Part shown: positions 35,402 to 47,858 of the stretch, piece by piece
Layout of the letters: every line of letters begins with the position of its first letter
How positions within the stretch are numbered: the stretch's first letter is position 1
NCBI GenBank assembly: GCA_965178125.1
Contig: OZ237774.1
Span: 1-64,000 of the forward strand
DNA length: 64,000 nt
Origin: Bilabrum cf. latius
Lineage: Eukaryota
Direction: 5' to 3'
Made by a program: the position numbers and the translations under genes
Notes under the pieces: generated by a model
Databases searched by the model: none
Seen by the model: the letters and a program-made list of their open reading frames with translations, nothing else
Told to the model about the DNA's origin: nothing

Positions 35402-35801
35402 GCGGGTATGCTTACGGAGCAGGGGTGCGATGCACCTTGCTTTGATTCTGAACTATACATATTTTGTATGGGACGCTTGTGCATGTGAAGTCTCTATGCA
35501 CCCCCTCCGACGGGGGGGATGCATGCATCTGCGCGTGCAAAACCAACACAACGACATCAACGCGTACAACCCGAGCAGAGCACTGTGAAACTTGACCACG
35601 GGGCTACTAGACGTACATGGAGCCGCTGGCGAAGCAGGGAGTGCCACAGTATCGCTCGGTGATTAACATTAAGGTTAACCTTAACCAAAGAAGTCATACT
35701 CCGAGAAGTGCAGTTTCAAAGTCTAAGAATCGTATGAGTCACCTACAAACAAAGGCATTGGTTTAGTGAATCAGCTTGTAGTCAATACGCAGTGACCGAG
35801 G

Positions 35802-37937
35802 TCACGCAAGCCGCACCAGCAGCAGCGCCCAGTCGTCAGAAGCTGTGGGCTTGTTCGGAAGTGCCAGGGCTCCTGCATCGCCCACCGTGCCTCTACCCCC
35901 GCTTCCCCACGCCTCCGCGCGCGCTCCCGTGCGTACATCTACCCACTCGCCCCCGTACTGCGTCCCCGCTGCAAGTCCATGCAGGCTGCCAAGCTGCACA
36001 CTGTCTCCATAAGCGTACAAGAGAATCGTCCCTCCGTCCGCCGTGGCACTGACTGGGGTTCTCTCGATGTCGGCCAGCCCGCCGCACATGGTCGAGCCGC
36101 CGAACTGTGGCACAAGCTGCGTCCAGCTGACGTGCCCACCCCCTTGCACTTGGGTGCCCGCAAGCTGCAGCTAGAGGCCCCCGTCATAGAGGGCCCGCAA
36201 GATGCCCATCTGTCCGGCCCCGGGGAGGTGCATGCCCGGCCACCACCACATCGGGTCCGGGTTGTACTTGGCCCCGCGAGGGTCCGTCTGATTCCACTTG
36301 AAGAGCCACACGGCGGCAGCACCGTACGTGTAGCCCAACGACCCGCACTGCATCGCCTTGTAAGCAGCTCGCCTGGTGTCGTTGGCGTGCGCGAACCTCG
36401 GCCCGCAGATGATGTCCTCGTACATTGCCTCTGCCTCCAGAAAGGGCTGCCGCGGGATGTACTCCTAGTAGCCCTTGTAGTGCGACTGTGGCCTGATCCC
36501 CAGGCCCGTGTGTCCACCCTGGGTGGCAAACCACGAGTGCCACGGCTGCTCCCCGTAGGTGTAAGGGTTCGTATGGTTGCTCTCGCTGACGAATGGCCAC
36601 ATGTGGGCGGACAGGGGACTGGCGTGCCCCGGAGCATCTGCCCGTGCCATGGCCGCTGCAACCTGCTCCCAAGCGCTTGCATTGGACTAGGGCGAATTCA
36701 CTTCCTGCGCGGTGATCCACACGATCGGATGCGCGCCGTATCGGGCCACTACATACTCGCCGAGACGAGCCAGCCGATCCGTGGGCACCTCAACGGACAT
36801 ATGGTGCAGCCCGATGCCCATGGCCAGCAGCAGACCCGCCTCGCTGATCGCATTCATCATCGGGTCGGCGACCTCTCTGAACCGAGAGGGTGCCAGCCAC
36901 GCCCAGCCCTTCTCGCTGCCCCCTCCCGCCCCTGCATCCAGCCACCAGTGCGCCTCATCGCCCTTGAAGTACGTCTGGTACACGGAGAAGCCGCCCTAGC
37001 GGCGAGACTGCAGCAGGTACTCGAACTGGCTGCTGCAGTTGGTCCCGCTCGGCGCGTTGCAGCCCACCAGATGCTCCCAGTCGGGCATCTGCCAGTGCGT
37101 GTCACCAAGCCAGAAGAACGGACTGCCGTCTCCTCGGTGGGAGAAGTGCCGCTTGGATGCATCCACGGCTACAGGACCTTTGGTGGACAGGGGTGCGCCC
37201 GGCACGACCACCCCTGGCAAGCTTCCTGCAGGCTTCTCCTGGGAGTGGCTCGGTGGCTGCACTTTCAGAGCCCCTGACACGCCGTGTAGCCCTGCATCCT
37301 CGACTGCTGAGCTCGCTGATGTCCACTTCCACTGGCCAGGCACGGGAGGAGCGAAGCGCACTTTCCAGCTGCCTCCCCCGTCCCAGTAGGCCGGGCGCAC
37401 GAGCTGGCGGCTGGTAGGAGCAGCGAGATCGTCTTGCAGCTTGAACGTCACATTGACGCGGACATCTTGCAGCGGATTCAAGTGAACCTATTCTGCTCGC
37501 AGTGGGATCGTCGTGATGCCCCATTGGACGCTGTCTATGGGAGGCTGCGGTGCTTTGGCAGGCCCGCACGAGAGGCTGACTGCAAGCTGCCTCGTTTGCC
37601 CTGCTTTGCATCCGGTCGAATCATCAGGGAATCCAATGACTCTTGGATCCACTGGGATGTCACACCCAACGGCACCCACGCACAGTTCTTGCACTGCAGT
37701 TGAAACGAAAGATGCATTGCACGTAGGATCCGAGTGCCACCCCGCACTGCAGGAGCCAGTCGGAGTTCCAAATGCGGCAAACTGTATGGAATCTACCTGT
37801 TCGCCCGGCTTGCAGGCTAAGTACAGGGATGTATTGTACGAAGGCGACTGCGAGTGGGATCCGCACACTTCAGCTGCCGATGCTGTGTTCGATGTCAGAA
37901 ACATGCCAATAATACCACAGAAACCAAGCTTTTGCAT
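35802..37937 (-). CDS. Secreted SUEL/galactose-lectin + DUF5060 + DUF4038 (apiosidase-like) putative glycoside hydrolase, single exon; TAG at 37488, 36996, 36687, 36465, 36171
   Basis: Six listed ORFs share one frame, separated only by TAG; signal peptide; IQFAAFGTPTGSC lectin motif; YWDGGGSWKVRFAP..GQW, PFFWLGDTHW, EAEAMYE, GYTYGA, DDWALLLV; TGA stop. Confidence 0.82.
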
Positions 37938-38090
37938 ATTTCTCAGCTGAACAAACAAAAGAACTACAACAAGGTGCCGATCAAGCAGTCGAAGCTATCA
38001 CGAGGGCAGCAAGATGCTGCTGGAGGTGAAACGGATCGTTCGGTTCCAACACGGGTTCCGGTTATCTGTCGCCAAGGCCGCGGGCCCGCT

Positions 38091-41000
38091 TCACCCCTGG
38101 CTGCTCCTCTCCAGCTCGGCCTCGCTCTCCACGCCAGGCGACTCGACCACCTCTACCTCCACCTCGGGGACCTCCTCGAGATCGAGGCCAGTGCCGGACC
38201 CACCCCCCATAGATCCCGTGCCGGCCCTGCTCCGCCCCCTGCCAGGGCCGACCCCCTGTGGCTGCAGCTGCACCAGCCCCCCATCGGCCGCCCCACCCAC
38301 CGCCGGGATGGTGGCACCGCGCATACGCCGCCCCCCGCGACCCGTCCCGACCCCCTCCCCCGGCGACACCGCCCCCGTCCCGCTATCCCCCCCTGCGACC
38401 ACGCCCCCGGCCCCCGGGGATACCACCTGGGCCACCCCCCCCGCAGTGGGGGCAGTCGCCTCCCTGACCATGGCCTGCACCCGCCTCCGCCACGGCTGCT
38501 GGTGAAGCACCCCGAACTGAGGGTCGAACACGGGAGCGCCACCGTGCGATGCACCCTCCCTCCGGCCCCGCCCCACCAGCCCGAGGTGACCCCGGCCCAC
38601 GTAAGACGCCAGATCCGCCTCTGTGGCAGTGCGCCTCCTGCGCAGCTCTGCACCACCATGCGGTGCACCGAAGCCTTCCCTCCCCTGCATACCCCTGGGG
38701 GGTGACCCCATGTTGGGGGACACCCCCAGCACGGTCTGCCTGCGACCTGCGGCCCTGTCCCCGTGGGCCCCGGCTGCCATCTGCCGCGCCTCATCCCCGT
38801 CGATCGGGGCACTCATCACACGGTGCAGCTGACCCAGCGCACCCTCGGACATCCCTTCCAGCCGACCCTGCCTCGCCCTGACTCCATCCTTTTCATTGTC
38901 CCTGTCCCTATCCCCGTGCGTGCCCGCCTCGGACCCGGAGCCACCGGAGGCGCCCCTGCCCCTGCCGCTGGTCGCACTGTCCGCCACACTGCCCTGCCCC
39001 TATCTCGCGCCAGTTTGACCACCCGATATCCCCTCCACCGATCGACCCACACTCCCCACATCCCCCATACCCCCCCCTAGATCCAGCCCCACTGCCTCCA
39101 CCCCCATCCCACCAGACCCCGCATTCCTCTCATGGCCCTGCCCGTCACCTGCTGACGCCACGCCCGACTCGAGAGCTGCTGGCCGACCGCCACTCTCCGC
39201 CCCCCCTGCACCACTGTCCAGCACGCCCTCCACATGCCCCTCCCCCCCCACCTCTTTCAGCATGAGGGGCCCGAGACCGGCCCGCTGCAGCCGCGCCGCC
39301 AGCCGAGCCATCCTCCGCCTCACCCTCGCCCTCGCCCGCTGCTGCTCCACGTACTGCCGGGCATAATGCGACACCATCCCGAACCGCCGCAGCACAGCCG
39401 CCTCATTGGCCGCCGCACCTCTGGCCAGCTCCACGTAGAAGAGCATCTGGGTCACCGCAAACATTGCGAACAGGCCTGCGTCCCGTGGCTTGGGCTCCCC
39501 TATCCTACCAGTGTTCCCTGGCGTGCCCGCGGCATCGAACAGCCCCGGCCTCCCGTGGTGCACGCAGTGATTGGCAGCCTCCACGCACAGGAAGCACACG
39601 GCTGCGTACATCCATGCCAACTTGTAGGCAGTGGCAGTCCACGGCCTCCAGTTGTACCACCTCAGCATGGCCCGATAGTTGGCCACATGTGCGAACAGCA
39701 GCATGGGATAGGCGCTGAAGGAGAGCACTCTGGACCAGAGCGGGGCCCCACGCCCGGGCCCGTAGTCCTCCAGCGATAAACCGTACGTGACTGCGCACAG
39801 CACTGCCAGGACCATGTGCACGTCGGCTCGGGAGAACGCCTGCCACCACCTGCCCCGCAACAGCACCACCGTGGTGATCAGCAGCATCACAGCGCGCGGG
39901 ATGATACCGATGGCTGCCAGCCCCTGGGCGATCCCGAGGTCTTTCTGAATGACCAAAAGCGCAGAAGCCGATGCCGATGCTACCAGCAGACCGCACGATG
40001 CCATGAACACCCACCGCTCGCAGCACATGGACAATCGGCTGGGGGGAGACAAAGGGGGCGGGCCGCAGCACCGGCACTGCAGCCACCCAAGGCACCCCAG
40101 CCGCACGCACACCCTGCAGCCGGGGTCTCTGCAGCACCCGTCGCAGGGAATGAAACAGGGGGGCGGGGGCAGCTGCAGCAGCGGGTCATTCAACAGGCTA
40201 AGTGGCACCTCGTCGTCCTCTTCATCGAGGTCTAGACCGGAACCGGAAGGGTACGAGGAAGAGGACGAAGAGGTGCCGGGTCTCCCACTCGTCACGATTT
40301 GCTTGTCCTCGTCACACCTCTCGCGCAGGGCACCGTTCCCAGCCGCAGAGGCCCCGCTGCACTGTCCATCAGAAGGGGGGGTTGAGGGGGAGGAGGCGGA
40401 TGAGGATGCGAGTGCGAGTGCGCTAATGGGTGCGCATGTCCCTGGTGCCAGTAGTGCGGGTGTGTGACGAAGAGAGGAGGCGTGCACCAGGGGTCCCCTG
40501 GGATGGGGTGGGGACAGGCCTCCACCCCCCCCGGGGGTCTAGATCATCCTGTCCCCGACCTCCGAGCTGGGGACGCCACTACCACCATTGTTCCCTGGGC
40601 CGGGCCCCTACAGGAGGGCAAGGAGCGCAGCTGCATCTGGACTTCCGTTCAGCGAACTGCGCCGATCCCCCTGCCCCTGCCCCTGCCCCTGCCCCTGCCC
40701 ACCGCCCGGTGTGGGCGCGGGGAGCCCGAGCACCTCGGCCACCGCTGCAGCAGCGTGCGCTGCACCCGGACCCCCGGGCCCGGGCGTGGCCGCCGGTGTT
40801 GCGACCATGCCCGCTCTCGATGAACCACCGTGCAATGCACCCGCCCCAGCCCCCGCCTGCTGAAGGTACATGCCGTGGTCAATGGCCAGAGAGTACGGGT
40901 CTGACTCCAAATGGCCCGCTACGCCCGGACCGCTGAATAGCTCTAGCAACTGGGGACACGGGCATATTCTAGGGCAACACCAGGGACAGCAAGCGCGCAG

Positions 41001-41315
41001 AAGGTCGGGGCAGGGGGCGGGCTCCCGCTCCTCGTCCATATCGGTTTCGTCGTCGCTGTCCTCGTCGGTTGCGTACTGCTCGGCGAGGGCCGCAAGAGCA
41101 TCGGATGAAATCGACACACCAATCCTCTCTTCACTAGCACCTGCTGATTCCTTTGAATGGAGCACGGGATCACCAAACTGCACACGAGCTCGAATAGGGG
41201 CCGGCGCGACTGCTTCTCCTGCTGAGTGCCTGCTGTCCGCCTTCAGCTCATTGGCTAGAGCCCTGGATGCCTCGAGGCTCCCTACGCCCCCTTTTGCTTG
41301 ATTTATATCACTCAT
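38091..41315 (-). CDS. Uncharacterised multi-pass membrane protein with long low-complexity termini; TAG at 40608, 40539, 39000
   Basis: Three ORFs in one frame joined by TAG; about 6-7 hydrophobic segments at ~39420-40010; TGA stop. Confidence 0.65.
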
Positions 41316-41672
41316 TCTACGGACTTGGATGCAGCAATTTTGCCCACTGACGGTGCGTCAGTTGCGCAACCCTTGTGGCCGAAAAAACACCCAATCGAGG
41401 TTTCAGGCTGCAACAGCCAGTAAAACGAATACACACGCGAGCGATATGACTCAATGTATATACAAAAGAGTATCGCTAGGCTAATCTAGACTTGTACGAC
41501 TAGAAATGCCGTTTTTTGGTGCGGCTACCCGCATCGCTGTGGCACGCGAAGTGCAATCGTCATATACATACCGCTGAACGAGAACCCGAAGCCGCCTCGA
41601 ATCAACACAACAGTCCAGTTATCACATAAAACAACACGAAATACCCGCTTAGAATCGCACAGATCCCAGTGC

Positions 41673-44600
41673 TTACCCCTCCATCCCCCGCGCCCCCCTT
41701 CTCGCCTCAAACTGGGCCTGCAGGGGCTCCGGCAGCCTCCACACCGACTGCCCCGTGGAGGGATCATGGAAATACACCGACCCCGACCCGGGGTCCTCGC
41801 ACACCTCCCAGCCCCCAATCCCTTCTCCAGTGGCCCGCCCCATCCCGCCACTGGCTCCATCACCTCCGGTGCCATCGCCTGCATCATCTCGCGATTCTTC
41901 ACCCAGAAAGAGAGGACCCGCGGCACCCCCGTGCAATGCATCTGCATGCACACCAATTGCCTCAATATCCTGCATCGACGCATTACCGCTCACCACGCAG
42001 CCCTCCGAAGAACCACGATCGTGCAGTGCACTGCGCCCTCCGTACAGACTGTCTCCCGGCACGCTGCCCTCGCTGTCGCCGGGCAGGCTCTCAACACTGC
42101 CATGCGCGATCTGGGTCATAACCAGGCTTTCTTCCTGGCCTGCATCCATAGCATCAATCTTCTCTTCGAACACAGTCCCAGCCTCCAATGCACCATCATC
42201 GCCGGCATGCCCCTCTGTGCTATATGTGATACTGACTGCAGTCTATCCGCAATTGACCTCGCCCTCATCCAGAGCAGCCGATTTCCCATTGACCTCGCCC
42301 TCATCCAGAGCAGCCGATTCCCCGTTGACATCGCCCTCATCCAGAGCAGCCGGTTCCCCGTTGACATCGTCCTCATCCAGAGCAGCCGATTTCCCATTGA
42401 CCTCGCCCTCATCCAGAGCAGCCGATTTCCCATTGACCTCGCCCTCATCCAGAGCAGCCGATTTCCCGTTGACATCGTCCTCATCCAGAGCAGCCGATTC
42501 CCCATTGACCTCGCCCTCATCCAGAGCAGCCGATTCCCCGTTGACATCGCCCTCATCCAGAGCAGCCGATTTCCCATTGACCTCGCCCTCATCCAGAGCA
42601 GCCGATTCCCCGTTGACATCGCCCTCATCCAGAGCAGCCGGTTCCCCGTTGACATCGTCCTCATCCAGAGCAGCCGATTCCCCGTTGACCTCGCCCTCAT
42701 CCAGAGCAGCCGATTTCCCATTGACCTCGCCCTCATCCAGAGCAGCCGATTTCCCGTTGACCTCGCCCTCATCCAGAGTAGCCGATTCCCCGTTGACATC
42801 GCCCTCATGCAGAGCAGCCGATTTCCCGTTGACATCGCCCTCATCCAGAGCAGCCGATTCCCCGTTGACCTCGCCCTCATCCAGAGCAGCCGATTTCCCA
42901 TTGACCTCGCCCTCATCCAGAGTAGCCGATTCCCCATTGACATCGCCCTCATCCAGAGCAGCCGATTTCCCGTTGACCTCGCCCTCATCCAGAGCAGCCG
43001 ATTCCCCGTTGACCTCGCCCTCATCTAGTGCTGCGAGAACACTGTTTGCGACCTGAATAGCCTAGCGAGACATGTGGAGAGTGTCGCTAGCAGCATCCGT
43101 TGCTCCACTGCTGCTACCGCCTGTGGAATCTCCTGCCATGTTGTCAGCAGTGTCAACAACAGCACAATCTTCAGGCCGACTTGGGCCATTCGTATCGTCG
43201 ATAGTTGCGCTCTCATGTGCCTGGTCCTTGCCCTCGCTGCTCTCCTCTATCTCAGCCGCAATGGCCAGCACGGCATCATCTACTATGCCCTACCTCACCG
43301 TGGGATCCGCTGAGTCCATGCCAGCACGAGTACCGTGGCTCGCTGTGGACCAAGGCATGCGCGCATTGGTATCACGTGCATCGTTCGCAATGGCATCACT
43401 GGTGCAGTTAATCCGATCTGGTCCCAGTGATCCAGCAGGCCCATCGGTGGACTCCACAGGTGCTGTAGCGGGTTTAGTCCCACCCGGATGCGCTGCCAGA
43501 TGTGCATCTTCGACGTGGCGGCCACCTTTGCCGTCGTCGTTGTACTACGGCTGTTGCTGCAGCTCTTGCTATGGCGTACCATGACCGGCATTGAAGGTGC
43601 CGATCTGCTCCATACTGTCCTCTTCATGACCTAACAGGCCACCATCCGGATTCCCTAGATCGGCTCCATGGTCCCGTTCCTGCACATATCTTGACTCATG
43701 CTTGCCGTGGTCAATCTTGCCAGTCTGCCCATTGCTGCTATGATTCACAGCTCCGTCGTGCACCTGATGCTCTTCGCCTGTGCCGCTGTCTGATTCAGCC
43801 TACACTTCTGGCTCTGCCGTTTCCATCTCATATTCGCCTCGCATGCGGGCCAGCACCTGCAGCGCCACCACCACGCTCCTGAGCTCGCTCTCCAGCGATG
43901 GGGCGGCTCTCATCAAACGGCCGCAGCACACCATCACTCCCCCAATCGCGACACCATCGCGATCATCTAAAACACCACTGCTACCTGATTCAACGGACGG
44001 ACCCCCAGGATCATCGGCCTCCTGGTGCACCCTCTCGACCTCTTCCTCGCTCCGCTGCAGCAGCTCATGCCACTCTGAGACCGAGAGGGAGTGATCCGAT
44101 CTCTGATCCGATCCCAGCCGATCGGCCCCACTGCAGCAGTGCTCCTCCGCCGTCACGACCAGCCAGCCAGGGGGGGCTGGCACCCTCAGCCCCAGCACGG
44201 CATCTGCTCCGGCACCCTACCCATCGCTGCCCCCATCTGCTCGTGACCCGCCCCCCTCCTGCTCGCCTCGCACCACCCCCAGCTTGCGCAGGCGCCCCAG
44301 CAGCACCCCCGCAGCCGCCCCCGGCGCCTCCCTCCTCATGCCTGCCTGCGCGGCCCCAAGAGCAGCGAGCAAGGTGGCGCACCTGTCGCTCGCTTCGGCC
44401 AGCCAGTCCACGGCCTGCTGCCTCCGGACAGAGGCCGAGGGGGGCGGCTGGCTTTGCCCGACCCCCCCTGCCTCTGCCTCTGGGGAAAGGGGCCCTGCAG
44501 CAGCAGCTGGTGCCCTCCCGCTGTCCTCAGCGTTGGCATGCAGGGGCGATCGGCGGGCCTGGGCCGCAGCAGGGGAGCCCAGTGGGGTCTGTCTCGAGGC

Positions 44601-47600
44601 GGAGGCGGGGGCGAGGGTGGGGGTGGTCCTCGGCGCCGCAGATGGGGGAAAACCAGAGTGCACGCTACCTCTCTCCAGAGAGCCCGACCTTCCCACAGGA
44701 CCAACCAGCGGGCTGCGGGAGCTTTCGCGTTCCCTCACAGGAAGTGACCCCTGCCGGTCCTCACTCGTCACACCATGTGCCACCCCGCGGCGCCCCAGCC
44801 CTATTCCACTACTGGCCGCCCCCCGCCGCCGCCCAATGCCCCCGTGACCAGCCCTCACCCCCACCCCCGCCCCCACCCCCGGGCCTAGTCCCAGCCTGGA
44901 CGCCCTCGCAGCAGCCTCTGCCACCGACAGGCCAGACCTCGCGCGAGTACCAGCGCGAGGACCCGGAGCCAGAATCAAGGGCCCCCCCTGGGGCGATCCT
45001 GTTCCCTGGGAAGGGGATGTCCCCGCGAGCACTAGGGGAAGTCCCCCTGGAGAGCCTGCCCCCTCCTGAGAGACGGGGGGCTCGGACCTTGGGGGCGGCG
45101 GGGGCGGGGGGCGACCGTCTTGCATGGTGCTGCCTGCACTACCATGTGGTGCACCTGGAAGCACGGCCAGGCCGGGACTCATGTCTGTCCCCCACCGGGC
45201 CCGCGCCCCCCTCTCCCTGCTCCTGCTCCTGCTCCTGCTCCGAATCCTCCTTGTTCCCTGGTCCACGTCGAATCCCACCCTCACCCCGGGGGGTGACCTC
45301 CCGTCCGGAGAGAAGCGGGGGATGGTGGATCCGGAATCGCTCGCTGCCTCCCACCCCGCTGAGAGCATGTGATCCCCCGCGGCAAACTGCCCCTTCCTCT
45401 CCCGCCCCCGCCCTCTCTCCCGCCCCCTTCGGCTCCCAGGGACGTAGCTCCGTGCAGTGCCACTGCCAATGGCCCTGGCATCCCCTTCTTTCCGGCCTCG
45501 TCCGCCGATCGGGCGATCCACCAGTCCGTTTGCCTCGGCTAGATGTTCCGCAAGCGGGATGGCGCTGCGCAGCTCCACGTCATGCGAGCCGGGCCCCACC
45601 CCCGGCCTGCCCTCCCGCCGCACCACCTGCACGCCCGCGACTGACACGAGCACGTTCTGCTTCCCCGGGTGCACGTGCGCTGGGACGCTCAGCCCAGAGC
45701 CGAACGCAGGCCCTTTCTGCCTGCGCGAGCCTCGCCCTCGCCCTCGCCCTGTTCCCCCCATCGATGTGTTCCCTGAACGGTTGCGACCGCTGCTTCCGTT
45801 GCCTCTCGGGCTCGGCAATCGACCCTATTCCTCCAAACGGTCCTCCTCCTTACCCCCCATGCCACCCATCCCTCTGCCTCTGCCGCTGCTCTTGCTCCTG
45901 CTCCTGGCCCGCCCGTAGCCGTCCACCGCTCTCCTCCTGCTCCTGCTCATGCCCCTCCGACTCACGAATCGGGGCACAGCCAGTCGGTCCACCAGAGCTC
46001 TTTGGTGACCCGCACTCGCGGCAGTCACGTCGCCCTGGCCTCGCCCTCCTGCGCCCTCCTGCGCTTCGACCTCGCCCTCCTTCCCCTCTCGTGCACCCGC
46101 ACTCGTCACACCGTTTCCACCACTCGTCACACCTCCCCCCTCTGGTACCCTGTACCTCAGCTCGAGCAGCGCGGCGGGCCCCTCCTCCCCCCTCGCCACA
46201 GCCTCCCTGATGGCCCTCTCCCGCATGGCGGCCTGCACGCGGGCATGTGCGCGGGCTGATCCCAGGGCGGCAACCCGGGGCAATGGGCTGCCCACGGTGT
46301 CCATCAGCCCCGAAATGCCGCTCCCCACCGGTAGCTGCGACCCGGAATCATTCGCACCTCTGCCCTTCCCGCCCAGCCCCTCTGTCTCCACCCCTTCCCC
46401 AGCCCCCTCCTCAGCCCCAGTAACCCCATGCCCCGCGCTTCTCCCTACCCCCTCCTCCTCCTCCAGCAGCCCCTCCCTTCCCGTCCTAGAGAACACACTC
46501 AGGTCCTACTGGTGCCGGGCGAAGACACGGGCCCTCGCGGCCTCTTTCCGCCTGGACCTGGCCGCCTCCTTGCTCCTCCTGGCCTCGGCCTCCTCCTTGC
46601 GCCTGCCCCCGGGCACGTGCGAGCCGTCCAGCCGAGTCACCTGCGGCACCACAGATACGATGGCCGCTCTGTACTTGCTCCTCCTCCTCTTATCCTCCTC
46701 CCGGGGGGTGGGTCCCCCCAGCCCAACAGCAGTCATAAGCCTTCTATCCCCCACGTTGAAAGTGCTGCTCGACCCCTTGCCCCCAGGGATCACCCCGGGG
46801 ATAGCCCCCAGCGGGGGGGGTATAGCATGTCCCCCGATGGGGTTTCCCTCCCACAGCCACAGACCCCGGAGGCTCTGGAGAACAGACAGGGGCCGCACAC
46901 CCGCCGCACTCGTCACACGGTTATCCCTCGCGTCCAGCTCCCGGAGGCCCATGGCCCCGCCCACCGCCAGCTCCCGCAGCCTGTTCCCCCGCACGGACAG
47001 CACCTCCAGCCGCCCGCAGCCCGCCAGCCCAGGCACCCTCCCCAGGGAACAGCCCTCCAGCCTCAGCTCGCGCAGGGCGGGGGCCAGCTCCAGCCAGCCG
47101 GGGGCGATGCTCCCCGTGGGCGGCAGGGCGGCGTCTCGGATGCACAGCCGCTCCAGCCGCGGCATGGGCGGCAGCGCCAGGGGGTGCGACCTCGTGTCCT
47201 CGTCTTCGTCGCTGGCAGGGGGACTGCTGTCTGGGCTGCGGGCCTTAGAGGCAGCCGGGGAAGCGAATATGCCGCTGCTGCTGCTAGCCCGCTGGCTGTG
47301 CGCGCGCGGGTTGCCCTAGGCAGGCGGCCGGCCGAGGCGTCGGGGGGAAGGCTTCAAGCGATACGGTTTCGCGTCTCGAAGGTCCACATTCCGTAAGTCT
47401 AAACGCTTCAGTGGCTCTGCCTTCGGTTCGGACAGCTTCTGCAGGAGTTTCGATCGCACATCGCGCCAGTAGGTCGGTGCTGAGGCCAGTCGCGCTGTAC
47501 GAGTGACTCGGTGGTCACCCGCTGCCGCTAGCGCCTTGCCACTTATTTCCTAGTGAACGGATTCGCCTGTTTCAGTTGCAGCTGGCTAGCTACCGGGGTT

Positions 47601-47681
47601 CACAGCCCCGTTTGGTCGAGGCGAGCGTGGCGGCGGAGGCGGGGGCCGTGCTGCATCCATCGCTGCAGGTGGCACATCCAT
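41673..47681 (-). CDS. ~2000-aa LRR protein with acidic 12-aa repeats and a C-terminal WW domain; 12 in-frame TAG; apparent TAA stop
   Basis: One continuous frame with TAG at 47586, 47550, 47316, 46506, 45825, 44217, 43800, 43569, 43545, 43290, 43062, 42243; LRRs (LRELDARDNRV, LWLWEGNPI, VTRLDG); WW GWEVCED..VYFHD..TGQSVWRLP. Confidence 0.75.
42252..43028 (-). repeat. 36-bp coding minisatellite (~21 copies) encoding DEG(E/D)VNG(K/E)SAAL
   Basis: TTGAC(C/A)TCG(C/T)CCTCATCCAGAGCAGCCGATT(T/C)CCC repeats, in frame with the LRR-WW gene. Confidence 0.92.
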
Positions 47682-47858
47682 GGAAACTGCAGACTTGATG
47701 ACGCAGTTTATAATACAGCAACAGTTAAGCTGCGCTGCCTGGTTTTGGCGATTATTGTCAGGCAGTGTGTGTCGAGGCGCCTGCAATTCATGCGGACTCG
47801 AAACGACGCGCAACTGCCCAGAACCTCTTTGGTCCGAACCGTCACGCTGCACGGTGAA

